Source: a virus (Duplodnaviria; Heunggongvirae; Uroviricota; Caudoviricetes). Taken from it: 7,658 bases of DNA. Under the pieces are notes generated by a model that made no database searches, was not told where the DNA came from, and saw nothing but the letters and a program-made list of their open reading frames with translations. The stretch lies in the IMG/VR virus record IMGVR_UViG_2548876852_000010; one strand, given 5' to 3'. Of the stretch, positions 5,644 to 7,658 are shown piece by piece; the first letter of the stretch is position 1, and every line of letters begins with the position of its first letter. Both the position numbers and the translations under genes were made by a program.

Positions 5644-5869
5644 GAATCCCCCCTTGGTTAGAAGGCGGATTATGATCAGAACCGGGAATGACAACCGTCG
5701 GTATGTGTAACTCATATTTGAGCGCCCCGGCAGTGACTGCCTGAATTAGCAACGCCCATTTCCACGGAACCTCTTCCCCCCACATGCTGACTGTGGTTTT
5801 TGACGTTCCTAGAGCTGCGGCTGTTTTAACAACTCCGCCAAAATAGCCTAATACTTCTGATTTTTTCAT
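5627..5869 (-). CDS. Cro/YdaS-like small HTH regulator
   Basis: The best start is ATG at 5869, preceded by GGAG 7 nt upstream. HTH signature YFGGVVKTAAALGTSKTTVSMW. It is divergent from the CI-like gene and overlaps the YdaT-like start by 17 nt. Confidence 0.65.
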   Translation of the reverse strand: MKKSEVLGYFGGVVKTAAALGTSKTTVSMWGEEVPWKWALLIQAVTAGALKYELHIPTVVIPGSDHNPPSNQGGIHENQA

Positions 5870-5897
5870 GAGTCGCTCCATAAAACTGAACGCCAAA

Positions 5898-5927
5898 AGT
5901 TTAATAATCAAAACCAAAGAAAGTCAA
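5898..5927 (-). promoter_or_regulatory. Candidate PR-like promoter for the cro/YdaS - YdaT - rep operon
   Basis: On the minus strand: -35 TTGACT (5927..5922), 18-bp spacer, -10 TAAACT (5903..5898). The -10 hexamer is identical to that of the PL-like promoter at 6707..6712. Confidence 0.35.
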
Positions 5928-5942
5928 GAAACAAAACCATCT

Positions 5943-5962
5943 GTGTTTTAAAATCAAAACAT
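5943..5962. promoter_or_regulatory. Operator-like 20-bp palindrome GTGTTTT-aaaatc-AAAACAT overlapping the CI start codon
   Basis: 7-bp inverted arms with a 6-bp spacer. The architecture is the same as the palindrome at 6665..6684, with arms differing at one position. It overlaps a -10-like TAAAAT (5949..5954) placed 6 nt before the SD-less CI ATG. Confidence 0.45.
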
Positions 5963-6599
5963 GAGCAAGCAAACAATATCTGAACGCATAACCCAACGTA
6001 TGCATGCGCTAAACCTGAAAGGCAAAGACCTTGTCAATGCCACTGGCGCATCAAAAGGCTCCGTAAGTCAATGGATGAACGGTGGAGGAGCGCCGTCCTC
6101 GCGTTACATAAGTTCACTGGCAAAAATATTGAAAGTAAACGAAAATTGGCTTCTTAATGGAGGAGAGTTAAATACAGGTGATTCGCTTGATCTATCTTTA
6201 CCGCCGATAAAAACGGTTCCGCTACTATCACTTCAGCAGGCAGCAAGCTGGAGTGATTATATGAAAAATTCCTCAATAACCTCTTGTGTGCAGCTTGTCG
6301 GAGAAATCCCGGCCAATACCTTTGCAGTTGTTCTAGAGAGTGACAGTATGTCAACATCTGGTGGGGGAGTTTCCATCCCAAATGGTTCAACAGTTTTTGT
6401 TGATCCCAATCGAACCGTACAACCAGGAAATATTGTCCTTGCCTTACCCAAAGGGACCACAACACCTGTCATTCGTAAACTGGAGATAGAAGGGCCGGAT
6501 ATTCTTTTAGTCCCCACGAATCCTCGCTACCCTTCAATTATGCTGGATGATCTATCTTGCATATTGGGCGTATGCTTTAAAATTCAACAAGATATTTAA
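5961..6599 (+). CDS. CI-like phage repressor (N-terminal HTH + C-terminal S24 LexA-like autopeptidase domain)
   Basis: ATG at 5961. The HTH region is LKGKDLVNATGASKGSVSQWMNG. The C-terminal domain has the S24 Ser/Lys dyad context (ESDSMS ... VIRKL) and collinear similarity to the lambda CI C-terminus (VFVDPNRTVQPGNIVLALP ... LLVPTNPRYPSIMLDD versus LVDPEQAVEPGDFCIARL ... FLQPLNPQYPMIPCNE). No SD, so possibly leaderless like lambda cI from PRM. Confidence 0.88.
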   Translation: MSKQTISERITQRMHALNLKGKDLVNATGASKGSVSQWMNGGGAPSSRYISSLAKILKVNENWLLNGGELNTGDSLDLSLPPIKTVPLLSLQQAASWSDYMKNSSITSCVQLVGEIPANTFAVVLESDSMSTSGGGVSIPNGSTVFVDPNRTVQPGNIVLALPKGTTTPVIRKLEIEGPDILLVPTNPRYPSIMLDDLSCILGVCFKIQQDI

Positions 6600-6664
6600 C
6601 CGACCTCATCTATTTGATTAACTGTATGCCATCGTGGTGATGGCTTAACAGCTGCCTGCTTAAA

Positions 6665-6684
6665 ATGTTTTGATAAAAAAACAT
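6665..6684. promoter_or_regulatory. Operator-like 20-bp palindrome ATGTTTT-gataaa-AAAACAT overlapping the -35 of the PL-like promoter
   Basis: Perfect 7-bp inverted repeat with a 6-bp spacer. Its last base is the first T of TTGACC. Confidence 0.45.
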
Positions 6685-6712
6685 TGACCTGAAAAGTTCA
6701 TTTTTCTAAACT
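6684..6712 (+). promoter_or_regulatory. Candidate PL-like sigma70 promoter for the downstream plus-strand operon
   Basis: -35 TTGACC (6684..6689), 17-bp spacer, -10 TAAACT (6707..6712), downstream of and co-directional with the CI-like gene. Confidence 0.4.
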
Positions 6713-6727
6713 TCATTCATTCCCTCT

Positions 6728-6736
6728 CCCCCCCCC
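6728..6736. repeat. Homopolymeric C9 tract in the leader downstream of the PL-like promoter
   Basis: CCCCCCCCC read directly, about 16 nt after the candidate -10 and upstream of the first plus-strand small ORF. Confidence 0.9.
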
Positions 6737-6891
6737 ACAGAATGCAGGGCAATACTTCGAGTTACCAGGCAGTGGTCAGGGGTTAAGTAGCCAGCCCGAG
6801 GCGTAAGAACATGACGGCAGGGTTCAACTTTAATAACTATGCAGCAGGTTTTTGTTCCGCTACCCCGGCGTTAAGGGGAAATGAGGTCAGC

Positions 6892-7044
6892 ATGGATACT
6901 ATCGATCTTGGCAACAGCGAATCTCTGGTATGTGGCGTGTTCCCCAACCAGGACGGTACGTTCACCGCGATGACGTATACCAAAAGCAAAACGTTTAAAA
7001 CTGAAGCTGGCGCGCGTCGCTGGTTAACCAGAAACACTGACTGA
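6892..7044 (+). CDS. Small hypothetical protein (about 50 aa; possibly 77 aa if started at 6811)
   Basis: ATG at 6892 preceded by GAGG with a 5-nt spacer. The ATG at 6811 has only a poorly spaced SD. The stop TGA at 7042..7044 overlaps the ATG at 7044 (TGATG). Confidence 0.4.
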   Translation: MDTIDLGNSESLVCGVFPNQDGTFTAMTYTKSKTFKTEAGARRWLTRNTD

Positions 7045-7055
7045 TGAGGTTGACG

Positions 7056-7430
7056 ATGGAATTTAAAGATTTACCAGTACCATTCCAGGAAATGGCATCG
7101 AATGTGGTTCGCTCTCAACTGGCGACTCTTGACCTGAGTACCGTAGAAAAAGAAACCATCGATACTATATCCGGTAACGTGCGTCGTGCCTTTATCGGTC
7201 TGTACGAAGAGAAGCAGCTCTCTGATAACCAGGATTTACATGAAAAATACTTCATGGAATTAATGGACATCATTAATAAAGGATTTGGCTTGTTAATGAA
7301 AAAGAAAGGGATTCGAATAGCTCCCCTTGAAAATCATTTTACAGCGAGCAGTATTAATTCCTGTGATTTAAAGCATCACACATCCGATGGGAAAGTTGAA
7401 TCAAACAACAAAATATCAATTAATCATTAA
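7056..7430 (+). CDS. Hypothetical protein (about 124 aa; alternative start 7044)
   Basis: ATG at 7056 preceded by GAGG with a 5-nt spacer. The alternative ATG at 7044 overlaps the upstream stop but has no SD. Family not recognised. Stop TAA at 7428..7430. Confidence 0.5.
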   Translation: MEFKDLPVPFQEMASNVVRSQLATLDLSTVEKETIDTISGNVRRAFIGLYEEKQLSDNQDLHEKYFMELMDIINKGFGLLMKKKGIRIAPLENHFTASSINSCDLKHHTSDGKVESNNKISINH

Positions 7431-7510
7431 TTTATTCACAGGTGAGGTAGAGTGCGTGCGCCGGACACGGATAAGAATCCGGCACTGACAGTTTACTGAA
7501 AAGGATATAT

Positions 7511-7526
7511 CCCTGAAAAGTCAGGG
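7511..7526 (+). other. Small hairpin CCCTGA-aaag-TCAGGG, reminiscent of a lambda boxB element
   Basis: 6-bp stem with a 4-nt purine loop, on the same strand and downstream of the PL-like promoter. No convincing boxA was found nearby. Confidence 0.2.
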
Positions 7527-7658
7527 CATAACACGAAAGCGCCCGGCGAAGTTAGTCTCTCTGTATAGGTCGTCGTTAAATTTAATTCGATCGTGCGCTT
7601 CCGGTTGTGGCAATCCGCGAAATGGCGCGGCGGTAAGTATGGCGGGGTTATTCCTTCC

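Noticed and set aside
6154-6517. Two minus-strand ORFs (6154..6465, 6257..6517)
   Set aside because: They are antisense to the well-supported CI-like repressor gene.
6628-6644. Hairpin GCCATC-gtggt-GATGGC after the CI-like stop as a terminator
   Set aside because: It has no U-run on either side and only a 6-bp stem. It could be a weak structural element, but it is not a convincing intrinsic terminator.
6837-7037. 66-aa minus-strand ORF
   Set aside because: It is antisense to the plus-strand small ORF, which has a good SD and is co-oriented with its promoter.
7638-7658. Possible start of another plus-strand gene (ATG GCG GGG TTA TTC CTT ...) at the right edge
   Set aside because: Only 7 codons are visible and there is no clear SD, so it cannot be assessed within this window.

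Overview
This window reads as an enterobacterial (E. coli-like) accessory region built from decayed prophage parts, and its most interesting content is a compact two-gene operon resembling a minimal CBASS-type defence system. All calls rest on reading the sequence and the ORF track by eye; no database search, HMM or folding program was run. Left edge: a hok/mok/sok type I toxin-antitoxin locus, with hok running off the window start. Next: an AT-rich block with one small orphan ORF, then a 5'-truncated lambda-family tyrosine integrase remnant. Centre (1603..3043, minus strand): a SMODS-type (cGAS/DncV-like) nucleotidyltransferase gene overlapping a 2-TM SLATT-like membrane protein gene, closed by a strong intrinsic terminator. 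Between the halves: an orphan tRNA 3'-end fragment with CCA followed by a terminator, probably an integration scar. Right half: a lambdoid-style immunity and replication module, with a CI-like repressor divergent from Cro/YdaS-like and YdaT(CII)-like genes, a replication initiator carrying helically phased CGTGAC iterons inside its own coding sequence, a small downstream ORF, and two small early-left ORFs. Matching 20-bp palindromes sit at both candidate operator regions.
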